A DNA stretch of 63,019 bases, counting the filler, from Olpidium bornovanus S191 (Eukaryota; Fungi; Olpidiomycota), in NCBI GenBank assembly GCA_017911155.1. It is 30 parts of 30 records of this genome, joined end to end, with 100 filler letters (N's around TTAATTAATTAA, not from the genome) between each part and the next. Parts side by side here need not be neighbours in the genome. Positions count along the whole stretch, not along the records: positions 12,184 to 13,865 come from JAEFCI010002281.1; positions 13,966 to 16,322 come from JAEFCI010004651.1; positions 16,423 to 18,404 come from JAEFCI010003059.1; positions 18,505 to 19,805 come from JAEFCI010002322.1; positions 19,906 to 21,534 come from JAEFCI010000773.1; positions 21,635 to 23,333 come from JAEFCI010000088.1; positions 23,434 to 25,735 come from JAEFCI010004629.1; 23 more parts are not named here. The stretch is one strand, 5' to 3'. Position 1 is the stretch's first letter. Each line of letters starts with the position of its first letter. The notes under the pieces were generated by a model. That model worked only from the letters and a program-made list of their open reading frames with translations. It ran no database searches and was not told where the DNA came from. Made by a program: the position numbers and the translations under genes. Below are positions 12,343 to 25,395 of this stretch, piece after piece.

Positions 12343-13865
12343 GAGCGGCCGCGGCAGAATAAACCAAACCTTTTCTAACCGCGCTGCCCGCCTCGCGACG
12401 ACTTTTCGAGCAAAAGCAAAGGGCGTCGTGTTCCAGAGGGCTCGCGCAAGGGCACGTCCATCGGGGATCTCGCTGTGAGATCCCTCGGCTCCAAAACGCT
12501 GTCAAACACATTCTCCCGTTTTATATCGAAAGGCGGCGGCGTGATCAAAATAGCACACGATGCACGCCGCGGCCAAAAGTATGGGCCATACACAGTGAGA
12601 TTTGCATTCTTTATCTCGGCGCAGCTGCAGACCTTCCCACCTCCTGACTGCCAGCAAGATCAAGCAAATTTCGCATTCCAGCAGAAAAGAAGTTGGGCGA
12701 TGTATTCATTACAGATGGTCCCCCGGGGCCCAAATTTGACTGACTTCACGGCGGTATCTTGCGTCATTCCAATTCCATTCCAGTTTAACCAGTTCAGACG
12801 CGCTCCTCACCAAGGCATCAAGAACATTAAGGATTGGGCTCAAGGTGCCAGCCGATGCGGTCGTTTGCCGGCGCCACAAAGGTAAAGCTGCAACACCTGG
12901 CTAAATACCGTCTTTTCCCTGCTCTACCAAGTATCCGTTTTCCTGATTCCTGCTGATCGCGAACATTGCACACGAATTAGCTTTTTTTTTACCTTTGGCT
13001 CCTATCCTGTTTTCACTACCCGACAACGCACTGGCTTTCCAGAGTGAAGGTTCTACCCGGCGTGGGGAAATTTCATAGTGATATCCCGCCTGCGGTTTTT
13101 GAGACGACCGCTTCTCACGCAATACACAAAACCCTCAGCAGATTGCCGTGCCAGTGCACGTCGTGGGTAATACGGAAGAGGTTCATAAAACCAGTGGCCT
13201 CCGCTTGCGGGGCATGGCGTAAATGCTGCCGCTGCCCGTCGTGCGCCGCTACCGGCACGTCGTCTGGGGCCGGGACCGTTGCCGGTGTCGGCCACTCCCC
13301 TGGTGCCGTCTGTTCTGCCGGCCCGCGTCGGAGTTAGAAGTAGGTAAGAACTTGACGAAACCACATTTTCTGCAATCTAATAGAGTCCAGGGTTCACTAA
13401 TCGTTTTGACTCAATTCACATGCGGCTTGCGGATACTGTAAAACATGGGAAAACCGCCCAAATACGCAATTCGTCGGCGGCGCCTCCCGACCACCCCATG
13501 CAAGAGGCCAAAAATCCAATTGACGAACGTGAACGGAACCAAAGCAACCAGTATTAAAAGCGGAGAATTTGTCTTGGGAGTTCAGCGGCTGGCCCTTGTC
13601 GCCGTCAGGAACGAAAGCAAATGACGGTAGGTCCCCAGAGTCCTTGTTACCGAAGGTCGGCGGAGTGTGATTGCATGCCCATTATGATAACCGCTGGCAA
13701 AGCGCAACCCATCGCTGCCGTCCACCGGTGGGTCCAGCATACGCACATGTTTGGAGGGGTATGTTGGATGGTAATAACAACAGCTTGTCGAACAGTGGAA
13801 ACGTCAGTGGCCGTAGACCTGTGAGTCCGGAAGCAACGGGGGACCATAGTCTTTAAGTCTGCCCG
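12184..13865 (-). CDS. Probable multi-exon hypothetical gene fragment
   Basis: Several short open segments bounded by plausible splice sites (AGYHYEISPRRVEPSLWK, PILNVLDALVRSASELVKLEW, FDIKRENVFDSVLEPRDL). No family recognised. Confidence 0.35.
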
Positions 13866-16800
13866 NNNNNNNNNNNNNNNNNNNNNNNNNNNNNNNNNNN
13901 NNNNNNNNNTTAATTAATTAANNNNNNNNNNNNNNNNNNNNNNNNNNNNNNNNNNNNNNNNNNNNCATGGGCCCTCATTAGGGTTGTACATTGCCCCCGC
14001 GCTTTTGGCCGCCGAGGACGCGAGCGTTTCACTCGCTAGAAAGTCTCGCGCCCATACACGTGTGTGCCCCGTCGGTCCACGCATTTTTATTTAAGACACA
14101 CGAAAAGCCGGCCGACGATTTCGGAGATCCACGGCACAGGTGTCGGTATTGAACCGTTGCAATATTTTCTTCGGCGCGCTTTGACGGGCTACCCCTACTT
14201 TTTTTTTGCAGAGTAAAATTATTATCCATCGTCGTCTCCTCTCCCTCTCCTCCCCTCTTCTAGTTTCATTCTATAACTTAATAATAAAATATTAGTTAAT
14301 TGCATACTAACCGAATGCTGTAAATTCTTTATAATTTGATATAAACGATAGTCTATAGGTAATCTGGGTTTTATACCTTCTGAAACAATGTTTTTGCAGA
14401 TACTAGTTGGCGGATCAGGGGTTGTTACAAGGCGTAGCGGCGTGGGAAGGGTGTTGTGAGAAAGGGATTCAACCCGGGCGCTTGCAGCCCCGAAGTCTGT
14501 TATTGAGACTATAGCATGACGCGTCCAGTGTCTCGCCCAGCTTGCCTTTCTCTCCCGTTTTCAGGGGCCAGCAGCCGCGGCAAGGCACACACAGACAAAC
14601 ACGCGCACACCAGGCCCCAGCGGTCAGTCGGGGTCCTCCGGGGAGGGGGGCGGGGGGGTGGAGCGGGGAGCGGCGGGGGAAGCGTTGCGGGGCCCGGGGA
14701 AGGCATGTGGTGGCAGTGGGTTCGGGATGTGAGGGGGCAGAAGGGGAGGAGGTTCGGGAGCGCGGCGGCGTAGTTCTCGCGACCCCACGCGCCCACGTCG
14801 CGTTTCCCGTCCGCCCCACCCCGCGTTTATTTAGGAGGCTCTCGTTTTGGGACGGGGTGGGGGGAAATAAGAGAGAAAACCGCCTCGCCTCTGCAACCTT
14901 TCCGTCCGTTCGTCCGCGGAGGATCACCAACACCGCCGCCGCCACCACCCCAGCCGTGCGAAATCGCCTACAGTTATGATCAAGTTGAAGGGTTTTGGTA
15001 AAAAGTAAATTTTTTTTTTTTTTCGTTCTCGGGATTAGAGTCTTTCTGACCCAGGGGTCAGCAGACTCGGGGGCTGTTATGCTATATAGTCAGTGCACCT
15101 CCCTGTAACTCCTGAATCCGCACGCATTAAACACCAAATACAAATCATAACCGACCGGCCGAAATTACTTATGGAGAAATGACTAAATTTGCTCAGTTAA
15201 GCTGGGGGAAAGGCCCCTTCCACTAAGGAAAAGGGGTATCGGACAGGCACTTGGCCCATAACTCACGCGCATCCGGCCGGGACCTCGCATAAGGAGTGTG
15301 AATGGGTGCGGTGGCCCCTTGAGCCCCTGCGGCTTGTCAACGCGTGCGGGCTGCGCTGATTGTGATTTTCCCCTGCGGCGCGTAAATTTTTCAATCAATC
15401 CCGGAGACCACCACCACAAAAATGCATGGTCACATCAGCAACCTCTCCGAGTCCTCAGGCGAGGGACCCCACTCGTGTCGAGGTTCCCAGATTTGCGCCC
15501 TGGGGGCCATGGCCGTGGGGCAAGAATATCCTGATGCCCCGTGCCCTTCAGCGAGGTGTGATGTGAACCATAAGTAGTGCGCAACGCGGGTCACGTAATC
15601 AAACTGCACTCTTGTCCAGGACAGGGTTGCTTACGCATCACTGTCGGGAGGATTGCAAACAGAACCAAAACAGGAATCAAAACGCAACAGGGACGCGAGC
15701 TCTAGTGCACAGGTACAAGTCACGTGATCTACCGTGTAACATCGCTGACTACGGCATATCGACCATAATACTTGTAACTAGGCATGAGGAGCAGAGGTTA
15801 ATGGATAATCGGCTTCGGTGGGTTTGGGTGGTTAGGGTTTATGGTGATGGTGTGACGGGTGAACAAAAAATGACGGCGCCGTGGTTTTTTTGTGCTCGGA
15901 TTGCTTATCGATTACCAGTTGGTGAACCATAAAAAAATAATCCAAATAAAACAAACGACTGTCGACACACCGCAGAATTGTCGGCCATCCTGACTCCCAA
16001 TGACATAGGCGCTCAAGCGAGTGAGCAATCTGTCTGACCGAGCGGCCGAGGTTTGCGCGCGCGAAACTTTGTGCGGACGGTGCACTGTTTGGCGTCGCGC
16101 GCGGCGCGCTTAGTCCTCGTTCCGCTCATTTCGCTGAACAAACTGCTCATTTCGCTAAACTGCGCGTACGTGTCGTTTCGCAGGTGACTTCACGCGAAAC
16201 TGGGGGCTGAGCATACATATTTCCCAGGGTTGACAGATCGAAGTGAATGGACGGGGTTGGAACCACAACCTTTCAGTTCTCAAATCAAGTCCGGATCACA
16301 TTGTCTCCGTTTAAACCCCATGNNNNNNNNNNNNNNNNNNNNNNNNNNNNNNNNNNNNNNNNNNNNTTAATTAATTAANNNNNNNNNNNNNNNNNNNNNN
16401 NNNNNNNNNNNNNNNNNNNNNNCATGCCGTAAAAAGGCCAAAGACAACTCATCAACCGATTCACTGGCAGGCTTCGGTATAATAGCATAGCGCTAGGGAT
16501 CTGCGAGCAGCGAAATGTTGCCGTTCTGGACGGACCAAACCTCTGTAGGTAGGTGACCAAATTTTGTAGAAAGTTCCCTCCAGTTTTTAGCTAGTTGTAG
16601 AATAAGAGTCGGACCTGCCGAACTATACTGCTCGTTTGCTTGGTGGGGGGGAGGAAACGGTGGTCTAAATGGCTTGGCACTGCAACAACCTCGGATCTTG
16701 CGTAAACGACGAGGTTTGGTTCGAGCTTTCGATTCAGCGGCCGCAGCAGCCGCAGCATGTGTGTGTGTGTGTGTGAGCAAAGAGGAGTGGCCTGCGGTCG

Positions 16801-16973
16801 CGTGGCGCGGACTGGCGTAAAGGTTCAAATTTTTTTTTTTTTGGCGCGGGCCTGACAGGCGGAGGTCACGTGCAAGCGCACACGCAGAGCCGCAGAACCC
16901 CGGCCGCTTCCCCGGCCGCCCGGTTGCGCACACGCCTTGTGGGAAACTCGGTCGACGTGGGACACTGTTGACC

Positions 16974-18404
16974 ATGGCCCGCCGCTACGACTCGCGCACC
17001 ACCATATTCTCGCCGGAAGGTAAGCGCAAGGCGCCACGCGGGGAAGTACAGATGGAGCGGACGCGCCGACGGTCGGCAAATCGGGCGAATAGGAAAATGC
17101 CCGGGAGTTTGGAGAGGAGGACGTTGGACTGGATCAAACGCGAAGTCATTTTTGCTCGTTCCGAGTCACGCCTCAGGGGCCTGCTCTGCCTGTTTTCGCG
17201 CGAGAAACCAGACAGCGAAAAAGTTACCGCTGGACACACCAGGGGCGTTTGGCGCGCGGTATCCCGTTCTGGCGGGTTTGATGCCTGAGCTTTTGAAGGC
17301 CGGTCGGTCCCACGAGCGAGAAGGGAGCCTTACCGAGACGGGTTGGAGTCTGGGAAGACTTGAAACAGCGGGTTCGCCCGTTGCCCGTTGCCCGTTGCAG
17401 GCTCTGTCTGCTGGAGTCACACGGGGCGCGTCTGTGAGGTCCTAAAAACCTCTTGGGCTTCTCACCAGGCCGTATCCCTCGAAGATCGAATTGGCCCTGG
17501 CGCTCCTGACTCATGAAACGTCCCTTTGCCTCGGCCCCGCGTTTTATTCATATCTCAGGCCGGCTGTATCAGGTCGAATATGCCAGTATGTTTGCGCCGT
17601 CGCGAATAAATGCACATTAAATTTGCTTTCTTGTTGCGCAGCCGAGACGGCTGACAATCCTCCGGACGAAATCGCCGCGCTAGTGGAAGCAATTTCCCAC
17701 GCGGGCACGGCGCTCGGTGTGCTCGGAACGGACGGCATTGTGCTGGCAGCCGAAAAGAAGGTTACATCGAAGCTTCTGGAACAGAGTTCCACGCCAGAGA
17801 AAATCTACGTCCTAAACGAGTACGGGAAATCTCCGGTCGGCGGTGCGGAAGCAGACGCGCGATCTCGTTAACCGCTTGTTTTTTTTTTCTGTCGCCGGTC
17901 ACTCAGCAACATGATATGTGCCGTCGCGGGCATCACGTCCGACGCGAACACGCTCATCACATACGCGCGGCAATCGGCACAGAAGTACGCATTCGCGTAC
18001 AACGAAGATATTCCGGCCGAGCAGCTTGTCCAAAGCCTTTGCGACTTAAAGCAGGGATACACACAGTTTGGAGGTGCGCAGATTTGTTGACTGCTTTCTC
18101 GGGCAAGTGCTTACTGCGCATATAAGCGTGTTGGCGGACGACGAGCGAAAGCGTCGCCTGAACGCGTCGAGGTTGCCTCCGCGCTTACCTTTTCGCTACC
18201 ACCGCTGGAACTTGCGTCCTCCACAACTTAGGTTTGCGGCCATTTGGCGTTTCCTTCGTGTTTGCCGGGTGGGATGAGCACTATGGATTCCAATTGTACT
18301 CGTCAGACCCGTCCGGCAATTATGGCGGTTGGAAGGCAACGTGTATCGGCGCGAACAATGCATCGGCACAGAGCATCCTCAAACAGGATTACAAAACCGA
18401 CATG
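16974..18404 (+). CDS. PRE9: 20S proteasome subunit alpha-3, 3' partial
   Basis: [16 protein letters not shown]|RLYQVEYA|[12 protein letters not shown]...EKIY|...[14 protein letters not shown]...[11 protein letters not shown]|[41 protein letters not shown]; five exons with GT-AG introns. Confidence 0.97.
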
Positions 18405-19309
18405 NNNNNNNNNNNNNNNNNNNNNNNNNNNNNNNNNNNNNNNNNNNNTTAATTAATTAANNNNNNNNNNNNNNNNNNNNNNNNNNNNNNNNNNNNNNNN
18501 NNNNACTGGTGAGCTGTCAAACCGAGGAGCCCGACGGGCGGTCCCCATGGTTCTTCCTTTTGTTGTTTTTTCTTTGAGGAGGGGTGGTGGTGACGGCGTT
18601 GGCTGTTGTATTTAGGGGAGGAGGTGTTTACTCCTATACACCGGGTGTTCTTAAAAATGGGGTGCGAGAACGTGGTGGTGCGGTAGATGACGAAACAGAA
18701 GGCGAATTGTGACGGCGCGGACGGCCGGGCGGATCGTGTTTGCATCGGGATATCCGCACGACCCTCGACACGAGGTCAAGAAAGAAAAGGCGTCTGCAGG
18801 TCTCCAGCTGGAAACGGATGAACTCGCGCTGAGTCTCGACGAGTCGATGTGTTTTGGACCCGTTTGTGGCCACCGTCTTCGGTCCGGAGACCTTCGCGTT
18901 TCGTCCTCGGCGTTAGCCCCGTTTATCCGGCGACCCAACCTTGCTTTGCTTTTGTTCATCTCGGTGCGCGATTTTTTATTTCGCGGTTCTCGAGATGCCG
19001 CAGGCTGTACTCGTCGACCCGATCGGAAAATTCAGGATTCTCGTCCGCGAGATGGCAGAGCCCTCCTGGTGCCGGACCCAAACCGCTCGCGATGTTCAGC
19101 GGCGATAGGTGCCACCGCGGAAGCTGGATGACAGTAGACGATGCGTCACGCAAAGATAGCGGCGCGGGCGAAGTCGGATTAAAACACCAGCGCACGCGCG
19201 CGCGACGCCGATCCGATTGCCGGTCGGCGGGACCCGAACACTCTACACAATTTGTCTCTCCCTCGGTAGGGAGACCGGCAATCAGGCCCCGCGAGGTCAT
19301 CGGATGACA

Positions 19310-19455
19310 GGATGCCGACCGGACACCAAAGGCACCCCACACAAACGCCGAAGGCACCCCGCACAAATATCAGGACACCACGCACAGATGGCAGGATGCC
19401 GACCAAGAACACGAACACCCCGCAGAAAAATCAGAACACCCCGCACAAATGTCCT
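19310..19455. repeat. Degenerate ~19-21-bp tandem repeat (core CACCCCGCACAAA)
   Basis: aggcaccccacacaaa, aggcaccccgcacaaa, gacaccacgcacaga, gaacaccccgcagaaa, gaacaccccgcacaaa; CAGGATGCCGACC occurs twice. Confidence 0.7.
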
Positions 19456-19685
19456 GATGTCTTCTGGCCGAATACCAAATGTACTCGGCGCGGGGTACCC
19501 TGATATTTGTGCGAGGTGTTCAATATATTTTTAACCTGCTGGGGGTCTCTCCCCTGAGCTTCTGCACCGCCCTCCTGTGCACGGTAGGGTAACACCTTCA
19601 ACCACACCACCACCAGGGTCTCCGACAGGAGCGCCTTCATCGGCGAGTGGCACGTCCTCACCACCCTGGCTCCCAAGCTAAGGGG

Positions 19686-19803
19686 GTGTGAGAGAAGCCT
19701 TTGTGGTTTATTCGGGAGTGCGGGGATAAGAGGGAAGTACTGCGACTACACGGTTACAACAGCCGAAGGGTGGTCACGTGATTGGCTAGTCTGAATTCTG
19801 ACA
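19686..19803. mobile_element. Putative short LTR (TG...CA, 118 bp)
   Basis: TGTGAG...CTGACA. The minus strand carries CCAAT, CACGTG and AATAAA about 20 nt from its end. A purine-rich AAGCTAAGGGG lies 5' on the plus strand. No TSD visible; right flank cut by the contig end. Confidence 0.45.
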
Positions 19804-19906
19804 CCNNNNNNNNNNNNNNNNNNNNNNNNNNNNNNNNNNNNNNNNNNNNTTAATTAATTAANNNNNNNNNNNNNNNNNNNNNNNNNNNNNNNNNNNNNNN
19901 NNNNNC

Positions 19907-20115
19907 ATGGAGCTAGCAAGGAACGATAAAACGTCGAAAAGGTCCAAGCACATTGACATACGGTACCACCATCTCCGTCAATGCGTCACCGACAAGGACG
20001 TTGCCGTCGAAAGGGTGGCGTCGGTCGAGAATCCCGCAGATATATGTTCACAAAACCTCTGGACAAAGTGAAGTTCGCAAAGTTCAAGGAGATGGTCGGG
20101 GTAAACGCCGTTTAA
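19907..20115 (+). mobile_element. Ty1/copia RNase H C-terminus, one frameshift
   Basis: MELARNDKTSKRSKHIDIRYHHLRQCV...VASVENPADI/FTKPLDKVKFAKFKEMVGV*; followed by purine-rich GAGGAGGGAGGA. Confidence 0.85.
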
Positions 20116-21066
20116 GGCGGCCCCGAGGAGGGAGGACGCGAGATGGAGGTTAAACGCCAAACCGCCAAGAACCTCTGGGCGTTGAGGTAGAATTGAGGTA
20201 TTAGCATAGATTTAGGGCGACCATGGGCACCAAGGTGTGCCCAGTGAGGCGGGGTGTTGGAAATAACGGGGCCCCAGGGGCGGAGACGCACTGCGCGCAC
20301 CCGTTGCCCCCATTTGTAGAGTTCCTAGTTCCCGTCATATAGAAAAAGGGCCAGAGGAAACTGGTAAACAAACGCCACGTATACAGTTCTCCTTCCTTCC
20401 CGCCGTTCTCGCGGCCCCGCGCGGCGCATCTTCTTCGCCTTCTCCTCCGGCCCGACTTTAACAACCCCCACCCCCCCCGCCAGCTCCGCCCTCTCCCCGC
20501 CCCCCCTCTCCCCCATCCGCCCCCGGCCCGGCGCGACAAAACCCTCATTCCGCCCTCCAAGACGAATTTCTTTCCCCGTCCGCCGCCGGCGAACCAGAAC
20601 CCTTACTTCTCTCTCCGCACATTTTCTTTCCTTTTTTTCGTTTTTAAAGATATCGGAGAGAAGGGACCCCGCGAAACGCAGGGGGTGAAGGAAAAAAGAG
20701 GAAAACGGAGCGAGAGAGAAGAGGGGGAAGGGGGGTGGGGTGTGTGTGTCAAAAACTACGCGCGGCAGGGGGCGCCGAGTGCACAAATAAAGCAAAATTT
20801 TGCTTGAGAGGGGAGGAGGGGGGGGGGGAATTACTTCCGTTTGATATATAAAACATTTTTTTTCATCTTCTTCCAAACAGCGGAAGGGGAAGAAATCGTC
20901 AGATGGGTGGGGTGGGGAAGGGGGGGGGGGACGGCAAAATGTTTAAACGTGCCCAGCGCGCTTTTTTTTTTGTTCTTCATCTTCGTCATCTTCATCTTCT
21001 TCTTCTCTTCCCCCTCCTTCTTCTTTTTTTTTTTTTTTCCTCGTCGCCGACGCGTCAGAAGATTCG

Positions 21067-21254
21067 TCACGAGGACGACGAAAACTCCTGGGAGTGCGCG
21101 AGCGAGGCGTACGCGAGGTTGTGGCGGCCGTCCCGCCACGCGCGGCCGCCGAACTTGATCAGCTCGCTGAACCCGAGCTGGACGACGACGACCGCGAACA
21201 CCTGGACCCACCCGAGCGGGGCGAAGGGCCGTAGGTCCAAGAACTGGGCGACGG
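21067..21254 (-). CDS. Last exon of a probable P-type cation ATPase (final TM helix)
   Basis: After a CAG acceptor: VAQFLDLRPFAPLGWVQVFAVVVVQLGFSELIKFGGRAWR...*. GC3-rich frame; fits the P..W......EL.K pattern of the Cation_ATPase_C last helix. Confidence 0.5.
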
Positions 21255-21361
21255 CTGGGTGGGTCGGTTTTCGTCAGCGGGCAGGACCGCGGGGTGGGGG
21301 TCGTGGGGTGCGGGGTGGGTCGGGGAGAGGGAGCCCACAAACGGCGAGGAGTTAGCAGGAG

Positions 21362-21400
<39 letters not shown>

Positions 21401-21446
21401 GGGGGGGGGAAAAAAAAGAAGAAGTCCACCTTCACCTGTAACGCAC

Positions 21447-21534
21447 TAGATAGTTTTCAAGATACTGGCGAAAGGCGTCACGCCTATCCCTGTGCCAACG
21501 AGGACCGCGATCTCATTTGCAAACACGTCTTCCG
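21447..21534 (-). CDS. NADPH oxidase (NoxA-like) NADPH-binding exon fragment
   Basis: EDVFANEIAVLVGTGIGVTPFASILKTI matches fungal NoxA EDVF.NEIAVLIGTGIGVTP.ASILK.I; followed by a GTGCGT donor. Confidence 0.8.
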
Positions 21535-22081
21535 NNNNNNNNNNNNNNNNNNNNNNNNNNNNNNNNNNNNNNNNNNNNTTAATTAATTAANNNNNNNNNN
21601 NNNNNNNNNNNNNNNNNNNNNNNNNNNNNNNNNNCATGTGGAAACAGGTTCCTTTTTCTCGCTTTATCTTTTTGAGCCATTCACCAAGGCTCAGAATCTT
21701 GCTGAATTGTGCAGCAACACCACGTCGCTGAGTTGAGAAAAGTTTTCAATTAGGTTGCCGAGTGCCATTGACCGCTGTTGGCAGATGGCTGTGATGGATG
21801 CGTATTCTGCAGTTTCGTCGCAGAGAAAGCGCCGACCGCGCTGCGATCCCCAACTCAAGGTTTCCTCCGCCAGAGGCCTCGCCGGCTGCAGATGGCGGAT
21901 GACATTACGGGTCGTATGCGCTGGCAAAAGATCACGCGGATGATGCGGGGAGTGCAGGGTTTTTCTGCGGCCGGACGTTGTCGTTGACGGGCGGGAGGGG
22001 AATTTTTCCCTCCGCCCGAACCTCCCACACCGGCCGCCGCCTTCGCTGCCCGACTCGCGCCACGCTCGCCCGCCGCCTGCC

Positions 22082-23333
22082 ATGGACGACACCAGTGCGT
22101 GGGACGACCACGCCAAAGTCAAGGTCGTGCGCTTTGCCCTGCGCTCCGCGCTGGGCCGAACGGTACTTGCTAATTCGCGCGCGCGGCCTCCGACGACTCG
22201 TTGCGCAGGCGGCGCCGCAGGACCATAACCACGCCGACCCGCCGTGCGCGGGCGCCCTCGGCGCCGATAAGAGCCTCGCTGTCGTCGAGGATGACGCCCT
22301 AGATGACCTCCTTGACAGTACGCCTCTCTACCTTGGTGGTTGCGAAACTTTAACTCGCTTGCGGGCCCTGTAGCTTACCACGGCTTTTCCGCCAAAACGC
22401 GGCTTTGCTGCAACCCTCCTAGATGTCCTTGATGACCTTGTCTCAGACCAGCCGGGAGGAGTGCCGACAAAGATCGCGCACGGAAGCCCGGCAGTGACGA
22501 AGGCTTCGCCGGCGGCAGAAGTCTTTTTGGAACCGCGGCGAGGGCACGAAGGGCCGCGTGGCGACGAGGAGAAAGCGGGAAACGAGGAGAGCTCCGCGGC
22601 GCTAGAGGAAGAGTTTGCGAAACAGCTCGCGGCAGGGATGGAGGAGCTCGTGCAGAGCATGGGCGGGACGGAGCGGGCCGGGGAGGTCCAGAGGACCATG
22701 GAACAGATGATAAAGCAACTCGCCGTGGAGGGAAGCAAGGCGACCCCGCCGTCTTCGTCGTCCTCCGGAGCTGCGACTTCGTCGGCCGCCGCCACGACGT
22801 CAAAGCCCGCCGGAACGAGCACGTTCCAGGACAAAATTGACGAAACGCTGAACAAACTAAGATCCAGCTCGTCGCAAGTCGGGGTGCGTTTATTGCGCTC
22901 TTATGGTCACCTCCCTTCGGCTGGCGGGGAGAGTGGGATGGTGGGCTATGACGCGAACGCTGTGAGTGAGATTCAGCCACCTCACACCGCCGCCGTTTCG
23001 TGGAAAATCTGTCCCCGATGCCGATCCACGATGCAGGCCGAGCTGGCGGAGGATTCCGCGGACGACCTGCTGGCGGACATGATGAGGCAGGTGGGCGGCA
23101 TGGCCGACCTCGGCGAGATAGATAACGTTCTGGAGGAAATGATGCAGCAGCTCACGCCCAAGGAAATTCTATATGATCCATTAGTGGAGCTTTCAAAAAA
23201 GGTACGGGATTTGTGTGGCGTGTATGACCTTTTCCAGGGAGAAGCATTTTTGTTTGCTTTAGGCTGACGCTCCTGCGACGTATGTTTGGGTTGGTGAAGT
23301 ACCCTAAATGGCTGGAGAAAAATAAGGACAAGG
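22082..23333 (+). CDS. PEX19: Peroxin Pex19, 3' partial
   Basis: DDALDDLLD (Pex3-binding motif), EEEFAKQLAAGMEEL, FQDKIDETLNKL, EEMMQQLTPKEILYDPLVELSKK|YPKWLEKNKDK. Confidence 0.92.
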
Positions 23334-23433
23334 NNNNNNNNNNNNNNNNNNNNNNNNNNNNNNNNNNNNNNNNNNNNTTAATTAATTAANNNNNNNNNNN
23401 NNNNNNNNNNNNNNNNNNNNNNNNNNNNNNNNN

Positions 23434-25395
23434 CATGTCAGGATTCGTCAGAATAACCCGCGCGACTTCTCGGAAAACCTTCCGTTTGTTGGCAGGCGTA
23501 TCCCCGTCGTATGTACCGACTATAGCATCGACCCTTTCGACTCCCGCCGAGTCCGTAAATGCGCGGCTTATCGTTGAGTGCGCACGGACGAGTTCGCAAA
23601 AAGACCGCTTCTGGTCTTGCGCCAGCGCTTTCGTTGGGAAGATGAACAAAGCTCTCGTCGAAATGTCCTTCTCTAAACTGCAGAGAACGGCTGAAGTACG
23701 ACGGCCAGGACAAAGTTGAGGACTGTTTGTGGGATCAACTATTCCATTAAAAATGCATTGAGTTACATACGGAGTTGGTAGATAATGGACTTGCCACTGG
23801 ACACCGGACGCAAGCGGACGTCGTCAAACCTGAGGCGTCATCGATGTCTCGTAATTGAAACACAATGAATATTTACGAACCTTGAGGTGTGCGTCGAGAC
23901 TACCACATTGTACCCGTTGTCAAACCAGTTCAGAGCCTGACATTGGTGTTTGTACAATTGTCGAATTCCTCGAGCGGAGAGCAGGACGTTTGACATCTCA
24001 CTCGTGAGCCGTTTCGTCGGCTCGCTAAATTCGGCGGACCGAGCCGGGAACAGCCGCCTGCCGCCCTCGACGACGTGGCACTCGCGGCGCCCGGCGGGCG
24101 AATCCAGCTCTTGCAGAAAATTCGTGACAGCGTTCGCGACCGAACCGGGGAGCGGAGGCTCGACCGCCTCGACCGCCGTAGGTTGTTCGGGTATGCAGGC
24201 GCGAGCAGCAGCTTTTAAGGCTTCCACGGCCCTCGCAGACAGCGACTCTTCCGCCGATGTCGTCCCCTTGAATTCCCCGTCTCCCTCCTCGCACTTATCA
24301 GACGTGTTGTCCGCACGCGCGTTTTGCGTGTAGAACAGCACGAGGCTTTCGTGAAAAAATTTATTCCTCCGCTCGATGAGCAGCTGGATGCTTTTCGTCG
24401 ATACGGGCGCTGCGGATAAAGTAAAAGCCGAAAAACTTTTGCTGCTGCATTTCACGCAAAACAATTCAGCACTGCCAGAAAGTAGGTATTTCTGACGCTA
24501 TACGATACGTTCAGCGAATCACCTTGGGGCCCTCGGCATCTTGTCAAGAAATTCGATAACCAGTTCTCTAGCTCTTGGCGCAGCGGAGGGCAAAATCTTT
24601 GCGAACAGCGTTTTATAATGGTCGTACATACGCTCACTTTTGACGATGCCTTCAGCAAGGTAGGCTGTGCACGATGGGGTGAAGTGCTCGCCCTCGCCAA
24701 GGTACCTGAGAGCCAAAAGTTCTGGGCATACTGCGCGGAAAGCAGCGACGTCCTCCAGCAAAAGCTGCCTGAGCCGTACACAGAACCGTTTTATTTAGCA
24801 TTGTTTTCTCACGATCCGACGAATCGACAGATTTCGCCCACCTTCCAGTTGACGCCAGCACTGATTCTTGGAGTTTGCTCAATGTTACAGTTATACCCCT
24901 CCGCGCACCGAGGAGCGCACAGACAATGTTGACGGCCTGGAAGCAGCGTTCCAATTCCGCAAAGTACGGCGGCAGCATCGAAGTGTCGTCGACCAAGCTT
25001 GCCGCCGGGTCGTTTCCTCCGCGTTTGCGAAGCGCACGCTTCTTCTTGAGGTCGGTTCCTACGGTAGGCTGGCATTGACCGCCAGATTCAACATTTACAG
25101 CCTTCTTCACACGCGCGCGCTTCTGGGCCCGCTCCGGAGGCGCGGTGCCTTCACGATTTCCGTCGTCCGAATCTGGCAGCCGGGCGCGCCCGCGTCCGGC
25201 GTTCCGGGCGCCGCGCGGGCGAACATCAGGGTGAGCGGCGGCAGCATCAGCACCGGCACTTAGCACCTCCACCTGCGGCAGTGAACGATGCGCCGCAGCA
25301 GCAGCATTATCCTCCTCCGCCTGTGCCAGCTTCCGCCCTCTCTGCCTCGATGGCCGATTGTCCTCACAGTCCATTGCCGTCCGCCTCATCGACAT
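23434..25395 (-). CDS. HRQ1: Hrq1 / RecQ4-like DEAH helicase, 3' partial
   Basis: LPPYFAELERCFQAVNIV (Hrq1 N-terminus), GIRQLYKHQCQAL...NVVVSTHTS (Q motif / motif I), FIFPTKALAQDQKRS, TYDGDTP...RVILTNPDM. Confidence 0.88.

Noticed and set aside
16423-16973. Rpn4/PACE element upstream of PRE9
   Set aside because: No GGTGGCAAA found in the available upstream sequence; only a generic CACGTG.
18960-19110. LINE reverse transcriptase (HLADE as YADD)
   Set aside because: Single weak motif with no other RT blocks recognisable.
21067-21534. Real Nox-ATPase fusion gene
   Set aside because: Exon phases are incompatible and the junction lies on a homopolymer run; treated as a likely misjoin.
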